From positions 1 to 32,895 of the forward strand of contig DAOTYZ010000169.1 of the NCBI GenBank assembly GCA_034434555.1: a DNA stretch of 32,895 nt, read 5' to 3'. Shown in pieces: positions 1 through 8,497 of the stretch; position 1 is the stretch's first letter; each line of letters starts with the position of its first letter. This DNA comes from Candidatus Roseilinea sp. (GTDB lineage: Bacteria; Chloroflexota; Anaerolineae; J036; Brachytrichaceae). The translations under genes were made by a program, and so were the position numbers. The notes below the pieces were generated by a model. The model was not told the DNA's origin. It saw nothing but the letters and a program-made list of their open reading frames with translations, and did not search any database.

Positions 1-50
1 GCCATCCCGATGGCGGGAAGTGTCCTTCTGAAAGCAGTCTTCGTGTTCAT
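1..50 (-). CDS. 5' end of a gene running off the window (MNTKTAFRRTLPAIGM...); signal-peptide-like, possibly phosphate-binding protein PstS
   Basis: ATG at 50-48 preceded by AGAGGAG RBS; basic N-terminus; directly downstream of pstB. Product inferred from context only. Confidence 0.45.
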   Translation of the reverse strand, partial: MNTKTAFRRTLPAIGM

Positions 51-131
51 ACGTGTCTCCTCTAAGAAATAGGATTTACGAGCTCAGCTTAAGACCGCCT
101 TGTTAAGCGCTTTTAAAGCGGGCATTAAGGT

Positions 132-959
132 TTAGCCGAAGCGGCCGCTGACGTAGTCCTCCGTCCGCTTGTCCTTCGGCTTGGTGAAGATCACGTCGGT
201 CTCGTCGAACTCGATCACCTCGCCGGCGCGGTCTTCGCGCATCATCATCATCGCCGTGTAGTGGCTGACGCGCGCGGCCTGCTGCATGTTGTGGGTGACG
301 ATGACGATCGTGTAGTCCTTCGCCAGATCGCGCATCAGCTCCTCGATCTTGAGCGTGGCGATCGGGTCGAGCGCCGAGCACGGCTCGTCCATAAGGATCA
401 CCTCTGGTTGGACGGCGATCGCGCGCGCGATGCACAAGCGCTGTTGTTGGCCGCCGGAGAGCGCTGTGCCGGGTTTGTTCAGCTTATCCTTTACCTCGTC
501 CCACAGCGCGGCGGCGCGCAGGCTGCGCTCCACAATCTCGTCTGCTTCGCCCTTGCTCAGCCGGCGCGTCAGTCGCACGCCGTAGAGCACGTTCTCGTAG
601 ATGGTCTTGGGGAAGGGATTCGGCTTCTGGAAGACCATGCCGATCCGCCGACGCACATCCACAGCGTCTATCTTCTTGTCGTATAAGTTGAACCCGTGGA
701 ACTCGACCACGCCCTCGGCGCGGGCTTCTGGGATGAGGTCATTCATCCGGTTGAACGCCCGCAACAGCGTGCTCTTGCCACACCCCGAAGGACCAATGAG
801 GGCGGTGATCCGGTTGCGCTTAATGTCCATGTTGACCTCGTGCACCGCCTTAAAGCGGCCGTAGTAAATGTACAGATTGCGCGTCCGAAGAACGATGTCC
901 TTATCCCTCTCTTCCGCGTTAGACGTCCTGACAGGTGACGTGGCAAGCGCCTCTTGCAT
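132..959 (-). CDS. pstB: Phosphate ABC transporter ATP-binding protein
   Basis: GPSGCGKST Walker [60 protein letters not shown]-terminus. Confidence 0.97.
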   Translation of the reverse strand: MQEALATSPVRTSNAEERDKDIVLRTRNLYIYYGRFKAVHEVNMDIKRNRITALIGPSGCGKSTLLRAFNRMNDLIPEARAEGVVEFHGFNLYDKKIDAVDVRRRIGMVFQKPNPFPKTIYENVLYGVRLTRRLSKGEADEIVERSLRAAALWDEVKDKLNKPGTALSGGQQQRLCIARAIAVQPEVILMDEPCSALDPIATLKIEELMRDLAKDYTIVIVTHNMQQAARVSHYTAMMMMREDRAGEVIEFDETDVIFTKPKDKRTEDYVSGRFG

Positions 960-1004
960 TGCGATCCTCTGAGCTTCAGTTTCTCTCAGGATGAGACCAG
1001 AGGA

Positions 1005-1045
1005 AAGTTAAGTGTTGTTTAAGCACTATTTGCCTGATGTTTAGC
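1005..1045 (-). promoter_or_regulatory. Pho-box-like direct repeats upstream of pstB
   Basis: Minus strand GCTAAACA (1045-1038), CTTAAACA (1023-1016) and CTTAACTT (1012-1005), spaced 22 and 11 bp. Confidence 0.45.
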
Positions 1046-1054
1046 CATCGCATG

Positions 1055-1148
1055 CTTTGGGTGACTTGGCTCACCGACGTTTAAACCGCCGAGGCGCAAA
1101 GAAATAACCTTTGCGTCCTCGGCAGTGCATGTTTCTTGTAACACCTTC
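1055..1148 (+). repeat. MITE-like repeat family A, truncated copy
   Basis: CTTTGGGTGACTTGGCTCACCGAC...AAACCGCCGAGGCGCA...TGCGTCCTC...CACCTTC, collinear with 7351-7472 and with the reverse complement of 19513-19650. Confidence 0.85.
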
Positions 1149-1189
1149 GCATTTAGGGTGCGTTCACGAATAGGGGCGACCGTTTGGCG

Positions 1190-1489
1190 TGTCATGCCGA
1201 GCGAAGCATCTAAGCGCACGCCCAACTAAAACACCGCGAAGTCACCCGACCTCCTGCCTCAGCGCCCCCGCAGCGCTTCAGTCCGGCGCGCGGGGGCGAT
1301 TCGCGAACCGCCTCTGCTGCGCTGCGGCAGCCTGGCAATTGATGTGCAGCACGCTCGGCAATCCCCCAAGCACTTATGGGTAATGCTAAGGGAAAGAAAG
1401 GGGGCTGTTATGCTGAGCGGCATCTGCCGGCCCGTTGCCTAGGCCACCCCGTGGCAACTTGGTTCGCTGCGCCGGTGCTCAGAACGACA
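1190..1489. repeat. Palindromic repeat family B (TGTCATGCTGAG...CTCAGAATGACA), degenerate or nested copy
   Basis: TGTCATGCCGAGCGAAGCATCTA at 1190, TGTTATGCTGAGC at 1406, GCTCAGAACGACA ending at 1489; 1190-1245 aligns with 23218-23280. Confidence 0.7.
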
Positions 1490-1575
1490 CGGTCGCCTGT
1501 GCCACTCCGCAGCGCTTCTTGGGGAGCAGCATCGTTGCCCCGCCCGTGAACGCACCCCCCACTCAGATCAATCAC

Positions 1576-1581
1576 TATAAT
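1576..1581 (+). promoter_or_regulatory. -10 box of a probable leaderless yajC transcript
   Basis: TATAAT followed by 7 nt, then the ATG at 1589; no SD sequence. Confidence 0.6.
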
Positions 1582-1588
1582 CCCGCGT

Positions 1589-1936
1589 ATGGATTTAACC
1601 CTCGCGGTTGTCGTTTTAACGATTACTATCGCATTCGTCTTCTTCCTGGTCTGGGTGGTCGTCGTTGTGCCACAGAATCGCGCGCGCAAAACGCAGGAGC
1701 GCATCTTAGAAGAACTCAAGCTCGGTGAGCAAATCGTCACTGTGGGCGGCATCATCGGCAAGCTCACCTACTTAAATCGCGACGAGGACCTGGCGCGCAT
1801 CGAGGTTGCCCCCGGTGTAGAGATTCGCATCATCCCAGCCGCCATCAGCCACCCGCTGGATTATCTGGACAGGCTGGCCCGCATGGAGCAGGCTGCCAGC
1901 CGGCCCAAAGGACAGGCGAACAAGCCGAAGAAGTGA
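1589..1936 (+). CDS. yajC: Preprotein translocase subunit YajC
   Basis: Single N-terminal TM helix, [32 protein letters not shown]. Confidence 0.9.
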   Translation: MDLTLAVVVLTITIAFVFFLVWVVVVVPQNRARKTQERILEELKLGEQIVTVGGIIGKLTYLNRDEDLARIEVAPGVEIRIIPAAISHPLDYLDRLARMEQAASRPKGQANKPKK

Positions 1937-1946
1937 GCGTCGGGCA

Positions 1947-2693
1947 ATGCGCTTCGATGTGTTCACCCTCTTCCCAGCGATGTTTGCCGGCCCCTTCGAT
2001 CACAGCATCGTCAAGCGCGCCAGGGATGCCGGTTTAGTCGAGGTGCACATCCACAACATCCGCGATTACGCCGAAGGCAAGCACAAGATCACCGACGACA
2101 TGGCCTATGGCGGCGGCGGGGGCATGGTGATGAAGCCGGAGCCGATCTTCGCCGCGGTCGAGTCCGTCCTGGGCAACGCGCTCGCCACGACGCCGGTCAT
2201 CCTGATGAGTCCCAGCGGGCGCAGATTCAACCAGGCCATCGCCAAGGCGCTGGCCCAGCATGCGCGGCTGGCGCTGATCTGCGGCCACTACGAGGGCGTG
2301 GATGAGCGGGTGCGCGAGCACCTCTGCACCGACGCGATCAGCATCGGCGACTATGTGCTCACCGGCGGCGAGCTGCCAGCGATGGTCATCATTGATGCGG
2401 TGTCGCGCCTGGTGCCTGGGGTGCTCCCGCCCGGCGTGCCGGAAGAGGATTCGCACGCCAGCGGGCTTTTGGAGTATCCGCACTACACGCGGCCGGCGGA
2501 GTTTCGCGGTTGGCGCGTGCCCGAGGTGCTGCTGAGCGGCAACCACGCAGCGATCGCCAAGTGGCGGCACGAACAAGCCGAGCGCCGCACGCGCGAGCAG
2601 CAAACAGGCAGCCGTGATTCTGGCTGTTCAGACGCCTCGCTTGCGCTCGGCGAGACAGAGGGGCGGGCATCCCCTGCCTGTGGGGGATCATAG
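1947..2693 (+). CDS. trmD: tRNA (guanine37-N1)-methyltransferase
   Basis: [69 protein letters not shown]. Confidence 0.98.
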   Translation: MRFDVFTLFPAMFAGPFDHSIVKRARDAGLVEVHIHNIRDYAEGKHKITDDMAYGGGGGMVMKPEPIFAAVESVLGNALATTPVILMSPSGRRFNQAIAKALAQHARLALICGHYEGVDERVREHLCTDAISIGDYVLTGGELPAMVIIDAVSRLVPGVLPPGVPEEDSHASGLLEYPHYTRPAEFRGWRVPEVLLSGNHAAIAKWRHEQAERRTREQQTGSRDSGCSDASLALGETEGRASPACGGS

Positions 2694-2733
2694 AGGGTGT
2701 TGTGCAGCGCGAGGCGTTCTACAATTCCCGCGG

Positions 2734-3624
2734 ATGGGGCTTGTCTTCCCTTTTACCCTGCCCGTTGCGCGGCTGGCCGTTGGCTTGATCACCAGCGCGC
2801 TGATCGGGTGGCTGGCCTACCGGCGCAGATCACTCTCGCGCAGCGGCGTGCTGGGCGCGATCCTCACCGGCACGCTGATCTTTGGGTTCGGCGGGCTGAC
2901 GGCCGGCCTGTTGTTGATCGCCTTCTTTGTCTCGTCATCCGCGCTCAGCCGCTACAAAGTCAATAGCGCCCTCAAACGACTTGCCGCCGAGCAATTCGAC
3001 AAGGGTGGTCAGCGCGACTTGGGTCAGGCGTTGGCCAATGGCGGCGCAGCTGCCGGCCTGGCTGTGCTGGGCTGGCTAACCCAGGATCAGCCTGCGCTTT
3101 CTGGTGCGCTGTATGCGGCGATGGTGGGCGCGCTGGCCACTGCCAACGCCGATACCTGGGCCACTGAACTGGGTGTGCTTAGCACGACATCGCCTCGCTT
3201 GATCACGCGCCTGAGCCAGCGCGTCTCCCCAGGCACCAGCGGCGGCGTTACACCGCTCGGCAGTGGCGCAGCGTTGGGGGGCGCTGCCTTCATCGCCATC
3301 GGCTACGTCGTGTTTATCTTCATCGAACAGGCCCTCAGCGGCGGGCACAGCGCGCCGAACGCGGCCTGGGCAGTGATGGTGGGCGCGACAGTGGCTGGGC
3401 TGGCCGGCGCGCTGTTCGATAGCCTGCTCGGCGCTACCGTGCAGGCCATGTACTACAGCGATCAGCGAGGAAAGGAGACCGAGAAAGCTTTTGAGCGCGA
3501 CGGCACGCCCAACCGACTGATCCGCGGCTGGCCCTGGCTCAACAACGACTGGGTGAATTTTCTGGCTTCGCTCTTTGGCGCGGCAACGAGCGCGCTCTTC
3601 TTCAGCATCCTACGGGCAGGTTAA
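2734..3624 (+). CDS. DUF92/TMEM19 family integral membrane protein (start re-called at ATG 2734)
   Basis: SLSRSG, FFVSSSALS, KGGQRD..QALANG, ADTWATELG, PGTSGGVT, DSLLGATVQ, NNDWVN motifs; TACAAT at 2720-2725 lies 8 nt before the ATG. Confidence 0.9.
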   Translation: MGLVFPFTLPVARLAVGLITSALIGWLAYRRRSLSRSGVLGAILTGTLIFGFGGLTAGLLLIAFFVSSSALSRYKVNSALKRLAAEQFDKGGQRDLGQALANGGAAAGLAVLGWLTQDQPALSGALYAAMVGALATANADTWATELGVLSTTSPRLITRLSQRVSPGTSGGVTPLGSGAALGGAAFIAIGYVVFIFIEQALSGGHSAPNAAWAVMVGATVAGLAGALFDSLLGATVQAMYYSDQRGKETEKAFERDGTPNRLIRGWPWLNNDWVNFLASLFGAATSALFFSILRAG

Positions 3625-3633
3625 GGAGCTGCC

Positions 3634-5088
3634 ATGATCGAGACACCGCAATGGGTTCGCCACGCCATCTTCTATCAGATCTTCCCCGACCGTTTTGCCA
3701 AAAGCGCGCGCGTCCCAAAGCCCAGCAACCTGGAACGATGGGAGGATCCGCCGACGCACTATGGCTTTAAGGGTGGCGACCTTTTAGGGATCGTTGAACG
3801 TCTGGACTACCTTCAAGACCTCGGCATCAACGCCATCTACTTGTGCCCGATCTTTCAATCCACGGCCAACCACCGCTACCATACGCACGACTACTACCGG
3901 GTGGATCCGATCCTAGGGGGTGACGCGGCCTTTCGCACCTTGCTGGATGAGGCACATCGCCGCGACATACGAATCATTATTGACGGCGTGTTCAATCACG
4001 CCAGCCGTGGCTTTTATCAATTTAACCACGCGCTGGAGAACGGCGCCGCTTCCCCATATTTGGACTGGTTCTACATCAAAGGCTTTCCTCTACATGCCTA
4101 CGAAGGCAAGCCGGTGAACTACGAGGCGTGGTGGGGCATCCCCGCCCTGCCCAAGCTCAACACGTCCACGCCGGCTGTGCGCGAGTTCATCTTCGGCGTG
4201 GCCGAGCACTGGATTCGCTTCGGCGCAGATGGGTGGCGGCTGGACGTGCCAGGCGAGATAGATGACGATGAGTTCTGGCGCGAGTTCCGCCGGCGAGTCA
4301 AAGCGGTCAACCCGGACGCTTACCTGGTCGGCGAGATCTGGCATCCGGCCCACCGCTGGCTGCAGGGTGATCAATTCGACGCCGTGATGAACTACCTGTT
4401 CACCAAAGCTTGCATCGGCTTTTTTGCCGGCGCGAAGATGGATGCCCATCTGGTCTCCGGCGTAGGCTATGCGCCCGTGCCTGTCTTAGACGGGCCGGCC
4501 TTCGCCCGAGCGCTTCAGGAGCTGGTGAGCATGTACGACCGCAGCGTGCGCGATGTTCAGATGAACCTGCTGGACAGCCATGACACGGCGCGGTTTCTTT
4601 CGATCGCTGGTCAGGACGTAAGCGCGCTCAAGTTAGTCACCTTGTGTCAGATGACCTTTCCCGGCGCGCCATCAATCTACTATGGCGATGAAGTAGGCAT
4701 GGTCGGTGGCAAAGACCCAGATTGCCGGCGCGCCTTCAACTGGGATGAATCGAGCTGGAATCACGATCTGCGCGATTACTTTAAGCAGTGCATCGCGTTG
4801 CGCAAGCGCTATCGCGCGCTGCGCGACGGCGAGTTCCAGGTATTGTCCGCTGCCGGCAACGTCGTGGCCTACCTGCGGAGCTGGGGAGAGGAGAAGCTGA
4901 TAGTTGTGCTAAACTGCGGACCGGCTACGACGGTGGAAATTGAGGTGCGCGATATGCTGACGCAGCATGCGCGTGCTGATGTTGTGTTGGGCCGACCCGC
5001 CGAATATCTGGCCTTCGATGGTCGCCTGCGCGGCGTGGCTATTCCAGAACACGCGGGTGTTGTCCTCCGTCTTTTGCCTGCGCAATGA
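3634..5088 (+). CDS. GH13 alpha-amylase family (cyclomaltodextrinase/neopullulanase-like)
   Basis: FYQIFPDRF, DGVFNH, DGWRLDV (nucleophile), GEIW, NLLDSHDT, IYYGDEVG, DPDCRR; AAGGAG RBS. Confidence 0.93.
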   Translation: MIETPQWVRHAIFYQIFPDRFAKSARVPKPSNLERWEDPPTHYGFKGGDLLGIVERLDYLQDLGINAIYLCPIFQSTANHRYHTHDYYRVDPILGGDAAFRTLLDEAHRRDIRIIIDGVFNHASRGFYQFNHALENGAASPYLDWFYIKGFPLHAYEGKPVNYEAWWGIPALPKLNTSTPAVREFIFGVAEHWIRFGADGWRLDVPGEIDDDEFWREFRRRVKAVNPDAYLVGEIWHPAHRWLQGDQFDAVMNYLFTKACIGFFAGAKMDAHLVSGVGYAPVPVLDGPAFARALQELVSMYDRSVRDVQMNLLDSHDTARFLSIAGQDVSALKLVTLCQMTFPGAPSIYYGDEVGMVGGKDPDCRRAFNWDESSWNHDLRDYFKQCIALRKRYRALRDGEFQVLSAAGNVVAYLRSWGEEKLIVVLNCGPATTVEIEVRDMLTQHARADVVLGRPAEYLAFDGRLRGVAIPEHAGVVLRLLPAQ

Positions 5089-5216
5089 ATGCAGATAGCT
5101 CGTTAGCAATTCGCACGACACATAGACGCTGGGCTGTGCTTGGCAGAGCGTGACGAGCACACAGCGCGTAGGCGCGCATCGGCCAGGCTCAGCCCTGCAT
5201 CAACTGGAGGTGAGCC

Positions 5217-6593
5217 ATGGCCGAGTTGACCCGTGACAAGATTGACTCCGCTCTCAGGCGAGTGCGCGAAGCGCTCGACCGAAACAGCGTCCAAGACGCG
5301 ATTACTATCCTCGAGCAACTGCGGCAGGATGAGCAGGTTGAAGTCTTCGACGAACTAGATGTCGAAGACCAGGCCGAGCTGTTGCCGCGCTTACACCCAG
5401 AGACAGCCGCCGAGATCGTCGCAGAACTCGATATCGAGGGGCAGGCCAGCATCGCCGAGCGCGTGGACGACCGAACGCTCTCGCGCATCCTCGATGAGAT
5501 GGAGCCGGATGACGCCGCCGACATGATCGGCGAGCTGCCTGAGGAGCGCCAGCAGCGCGTTCTGGCCAACATGGAAGAGGCCGACGACGTGCGCCCGCTG
5601 CTCATCCACCCCGACGAGAGCGCCGGCGGGCTGATGACTACCAGCTTCCTCACGCTGCGGCCAGGAATGACTGCTCAAGAAGCAATTGATGCATTGCGCG
5701 AATGGAATCCAGATGACGAGATGCCTTACTATCTCTTCGTTGTGGATCGCGAGCGCCGCCTGGTGGGCGTGGTCTCGCTGCGCCAGTTACTGGTTGCGTC
5801 GCCGACGCGCTTAATTGGCGAGATCATGGATCCCGACGTGATCAGCGTGCCCGCCGGCACCGACCAAGAGGAAGTCGCTAACCTGATGAAGAAATACGAT
5901 CTCTTGGCGCTCCCGGTCGTGGACGCCCAGAACCGGCTGCTGGGCATCATCACGGTGGATGACGTGGTGGATGTGATCGAGGAAGAGACGACCGAGGACG
6001 TATACCGGCTCGGCGCAGTTGAACCGGGCGTTGGCAGGCAGCCGTACTTCAAGACCTCGATCTTGCAGGTCGTGCGCTCGCGCATTGGCTGGCTGGTGCT
6101 GCTGTTGCTGGCCGAGACGCTCACCGGCAGCGCGCTGCGCGCTTTTGAGGAGGAGCTGGCCACGGTCGTCGCGTTGACGTTCTTTATTCCCCTCCTGATT
6201 GACGCTGGCGGCAACACCGGTTCACAAACTGTCTCCATGATCATTCGCGGGCTGGTGCTGCGCGAGATCAGGCCGAACGACACCCTTCGTGTGCTTGGAC
6301 GCGAGCTGGTTACCGGTTTGCTGTTGGGCGCCAGCTTGGGAGCAATTGCCTTCCTGCGCGCCGAACTTTGGGGCAGTGGCTTCTACTTGTCCTTAGTGGT
6401 CGGGCTTTCGTTGCTGGTCATCTGCACCTGGTCCAATCTGATCGGCTCGTTGATCCCAATGCTTGCCCAGCGATTTAGAATTGACCCGGCTGTTGTCTCC
6501 GCGCCGCTGATCACCACGCTCGTGGATGCCACCGGCATCGTGATTTACCTCAACATCGCGCGCTTGCTCATCCCAGCACTCCAGCATCAATGA
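5217..6593 (+). CDS. mgtE: Magnesium transporter MgtE
   Basis: Acidic N-domain, SAGGLMT, two CBS domains (GIITVDD), GGNTGSQ, DPAVVSAPLITTLVD; GGAGG RBS. Confidence 0.96.
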   Translation: MAELTRDKIDSALRRVREALDRNSVQDAITILEQLRQDEQVEVFDELDVEDQAELLPRLHPETAAEIVAELDIEGQASIAERVDDRTLSRILDEMEPDDAADMIGELPEERQQRVLANMEEADDVRPLLIHPDESAGGLMTTSFLTLRPGMTAQEAIDALREWNPDDEMPYYLFVVDRERRLVGVVSLRQLLVASPTRLIGEIMDPDVISVPAGTDQEEVANLMKKYDLLALPVVDAQNRLLGIITVDDVVDVIEEETTEDVYRLGAVEPGVGRQPYFKTSILQVVRSRIGWLVLLLLAETLTGSALRAFEEELATVVALTFFIPLLIDAGGNTGSQTVSMIIRGLVLREIRPNDTLRVLGRELVTGLLLGASLGAIAFLRAELWGSGFYLSLVVGLSLLVICTWSNLIGSLIPMLAQRFRIDPAVVSAPLITTLVDATGIVIYLNIARLLIPALQHQ

Positions 6594-6602
6594 CACATAC
6601 AC

Positions 6603-6700
6603 CGCACCACGCAATACGCAATACGCAATACGGAATACGGAATACGTATTCCGTATTGCGTATTCCGTATTCCGTAGTGCGTATCGCATGTTGCGTATTC
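6603..6700. repeat. Heptamer (GNAATAC)n palindrome, solo copy 1
   Basis: GCACCAC plus 5 GNAATAC units, centre AATAC|GTATT at 6645/6646, then 4 GTATTNC units plus GTAGTGC and degenerate units. Confidence 0.95.
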
Positions 6701-6723
6701 ATAAGTAGAGTGAGTGTATCGTT

Positions 6724-7137
6724 ATGTCTGTCAAGGAGCGCAATCAGAATCTGAACATGGTCGCCGAGATCGTGCGCGAGCATTTGTTCGAGCACCTGGA
6801 TGACGATGGGCTGTGCAAAGACATGTGTGCGGTGCTGGCCGTGACCTTGCGGCAGGTGTATGAGGACGCGGAGAAGAGCGCACAAGCCTGGGACAAGCGC
6901 GCCTACCACAGCAAGGCCGACGCCTTGCGGCGCGAGATGGCCTGGGCGCTATCCATGGCCCAGCTCGCTGAAAGCCTGGCGTATAGCCCGCGCAAATTTG
7001 CGTTCGCCGATCTGGAGCAGTTGGTCAAGCTGCTGCCCAGTGAGCATCGAACACCCAAGCGCACGCATGTCAAGGATGTGGAGAGATGGCGCGGCGCAGC
7101 GGCAGCGGCCAGGCAGACATTGCTCAAGAAACGCTAG
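6724..7137 (+). CDS. Hypothetical protein (137 aa, predicted helical)
   Basis: Clean ORF with host-like GC3 codon use; no family recognised. Confidence 0.75.
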   Translation: MSVKERNQNLNMVAEIVREHLFEHLDDDGLCKDMCAVLAVTLRQVYEDAEKSAQAWDKRAYHSKADALRREMAWALSMAQLAESLAYSPRKFAFADLEQLVKLLPSEHRTPKRTHVKDVERWRGAAAAARQTLLKKR

Positions 7138-7140
7138 TCG

Positions 7141-7185
7141 GAAAAGCGCCACAGCCCCTCGCGTCCTTGCGAGGGGCTGTGGCGT
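7141..7185 (-). terminator. Intrinsic terminator hairpin (U-tract on minus strand)
   Basis: Perfect 16-bp stem CGCCACAGCCCCTCGC (7147-7162) / GCGAGGGGCTGTGGCG (7169-7184), 6-nt loop, followed by CTTTTC on the minus strand. Confidence 0.75.
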
Positions 7186-7313
7186 GCGCCGTGGCCTTCT
7201 AGCGATTTGCTAGAGGTGATGCCACGGCGCAACGTTGCGTACTACTCATTGCGACATCACCTCCACTAAAAGGATAGCGTTGTCGGGTGTTGTCCCGTGA
7301 GGGACATCACGGC
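7141..7313 (-). ncRNA. Candidate ~170-nt structured small RNA (may encode a 16-aa peptide at 7199-7249)
   Basis: TACAAT -10 box at 7323-7318, two internal hairpins (the longer with G-U pairs only in minus sense) and a terminator. Confidence 0.5.
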
Positions 7314-7350
7314 CTGCATTGTAACCCAGTTTTGATGAGCGATGGATGCA

Positions 7351-7472
7351 GGGGAGTGCTCAACTTTGGGGTGACTTGGCTCACCGAGATTAAACCGCCG
7401 AGGCGCAGAGAAATAACTTCTGCGTCCTCTGCGGTGCGTGTTTCCTGCATCACCTTCAAGTGGCACACTCTC
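7351..7472 (+). mobile_element. MITE-like repeat family A, full copy
   Basis: Imperfect terminal inverted repeats GGGAGTGCTCAACTTTGGGGTGA / TCACCTTCAAGTGGCACACTCTC; internal GCGCAGAG...CTGCGTCCTC hairpin; two other copies in the window. Confidence 0.7.
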
Positions 7473-7560
7473 TACGTGGGAGTGGCCCAATAGGAAAGAT
7501 GTTTGATCAACGTCAGTTCGGATTTACACGTGCCCGTTCACGAATCACTCGCTGCGCCAG

Positions 7561-7689
7561 CCTGTCATGCTTCGCGAAGCGAAGCATCTAAACGCCTTGT
7601 CCAACCAGCCCCGTGGATCTGCGCAGTCTTGGTGATCCCCGCAGCGATTCGCGCGCGCCTAGATTCTTCGCTGGCGCTAGAATGACAGG
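7561..7689. repeat. Palindromic repeat family B
   Basis: CCTGTCATGCTTCGCGAAGCGAAGCATCTA...TAGATTCTTCGCTGGCGCTAGAATGACAGG inverted ends. Confidence 0.8.
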
Positions 7690-7766
7690 GTAGGGCAGGA
7701 TACTGGTGACCCTGGTGCGCCAATAACGTTAGGCATCTCATTCCGAACTGGACCACTCCCCCGCAT

Positions 7767-7794
7767 TTGACACAGAAAACCGCTCGAATATAAT
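7767..7794 (+). promoter_or_regulatory. Consensus sigma70 promoter of rplU-rpmA-rpmE
   Basis: TTGACA (7767-7772), 16-bp spacer, TATAAT (7789-7794). Confidence 0.88.
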
Positions 7795-7900
7795 TCGAGG
7801 GCTAACGAGCCGGCCTTGAAGAGAGGCCATCGAAGCAATCCGGTCGCGCGCTGTTCCCTCGCGTGAGTGCGCCGCTGACGGAATCTATGAGAGGGTAACC

Positions 7901-8200
7901 ATGTACGCAGTCGTTGAAGTAGGCGGGCGACAGTATCGCGTCTCGCCCGGCGATGAAATCTATGTTGAGAAACTGGATGCGGCTGCCGGCAGCCAAATCA
8001 AGTTGCCGGCCCTGCTGGTATCCGACGACGAAGGAATCTTCGTGGGTAAGCCCTTCGTCGCTGGCCGCGAGATAGCAGCCGAAGTCGTGAATAACGAGAA
8101 GGGCGATAAGCTGATCGTGTTCAAGTACAAGCCAAAGAAGCGCTATCGCAAGAAGATCGGTCACCGGCAGACCTATACCAAGCTCAAGATCGTCGGATAA
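7901..8200 (+). CDS. rplU: 50S ribosomal protein L21
   Basis: [38 protein letters not shown]. Confidence 0.98.
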   Translation: MYAVVEVGGRQYRVSPGDEIYVEKLDAAAGSQIKLPALLVSDDEGIFVGKPFVAGREIAAEVVNNEKGDKLIVFKYKPKKRYRKKIGHRQTYTKLKIVG

Positions 8201-8212
8201 GCGAGGTTTGAG

Positions 8213-8497
8213 ATGGCACATAAGAAAGGCGGCAGTTCCACAACCAATGGGCGCGACAGCCAATCCAAGCGCCTCGGCGTCAAGCGTTTTGGCGGACAGC
8301 TTGTCTTGGCTGGCAATATCCTGGTGCGCCAGCGCGGCACCCGCTTCAAGCCCGGCGCGAACGTCGGCGTCGGCAAAGACTACACGCTGTTCGCCACCGC
8401 AAATGGCGTGGTCGTCTTCGATACCCTGCCCAACGGCAGCAAGCGCGTCAGCGTCCGCCCATTGCCTCTTGTAACCACACAGGAGTCGGCAGGATGA
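8213..8497 (+). CDS. rpmA: 50S ribosomal protein L27
   Basis: [41 protein letters not shown]. Confidence 0.98.
   Translation: MAHKKGGSSTTNGRDSQSKRLGVKRFGGQLVLAGNILVRQRGTRFKPGANVGVGKDYTLFATANGVVVFDTLPNGSKRVSVRPLPLVTTQESAG

Noticed and set aside
1019..1490. Short ORFs in the repeat-rich intergenic regions (also 7266-7756 and 22950-23683)
   Set aside because: They coincide with dispersed palindromic repeats and show no protein motifs or RBS.
5089..5216. Canonical M-box (ykoK) riboswitch
   Set aside because: Too short and lacks the conserved GTTAGGTGAGGC and GCTAAAGC segments.
8200..8213. Missing prp/ysxB between rplU and rpmA
   Set aside because: Expected, because this L27 starts at MAHKK and has no cleavable N-terminal extension.
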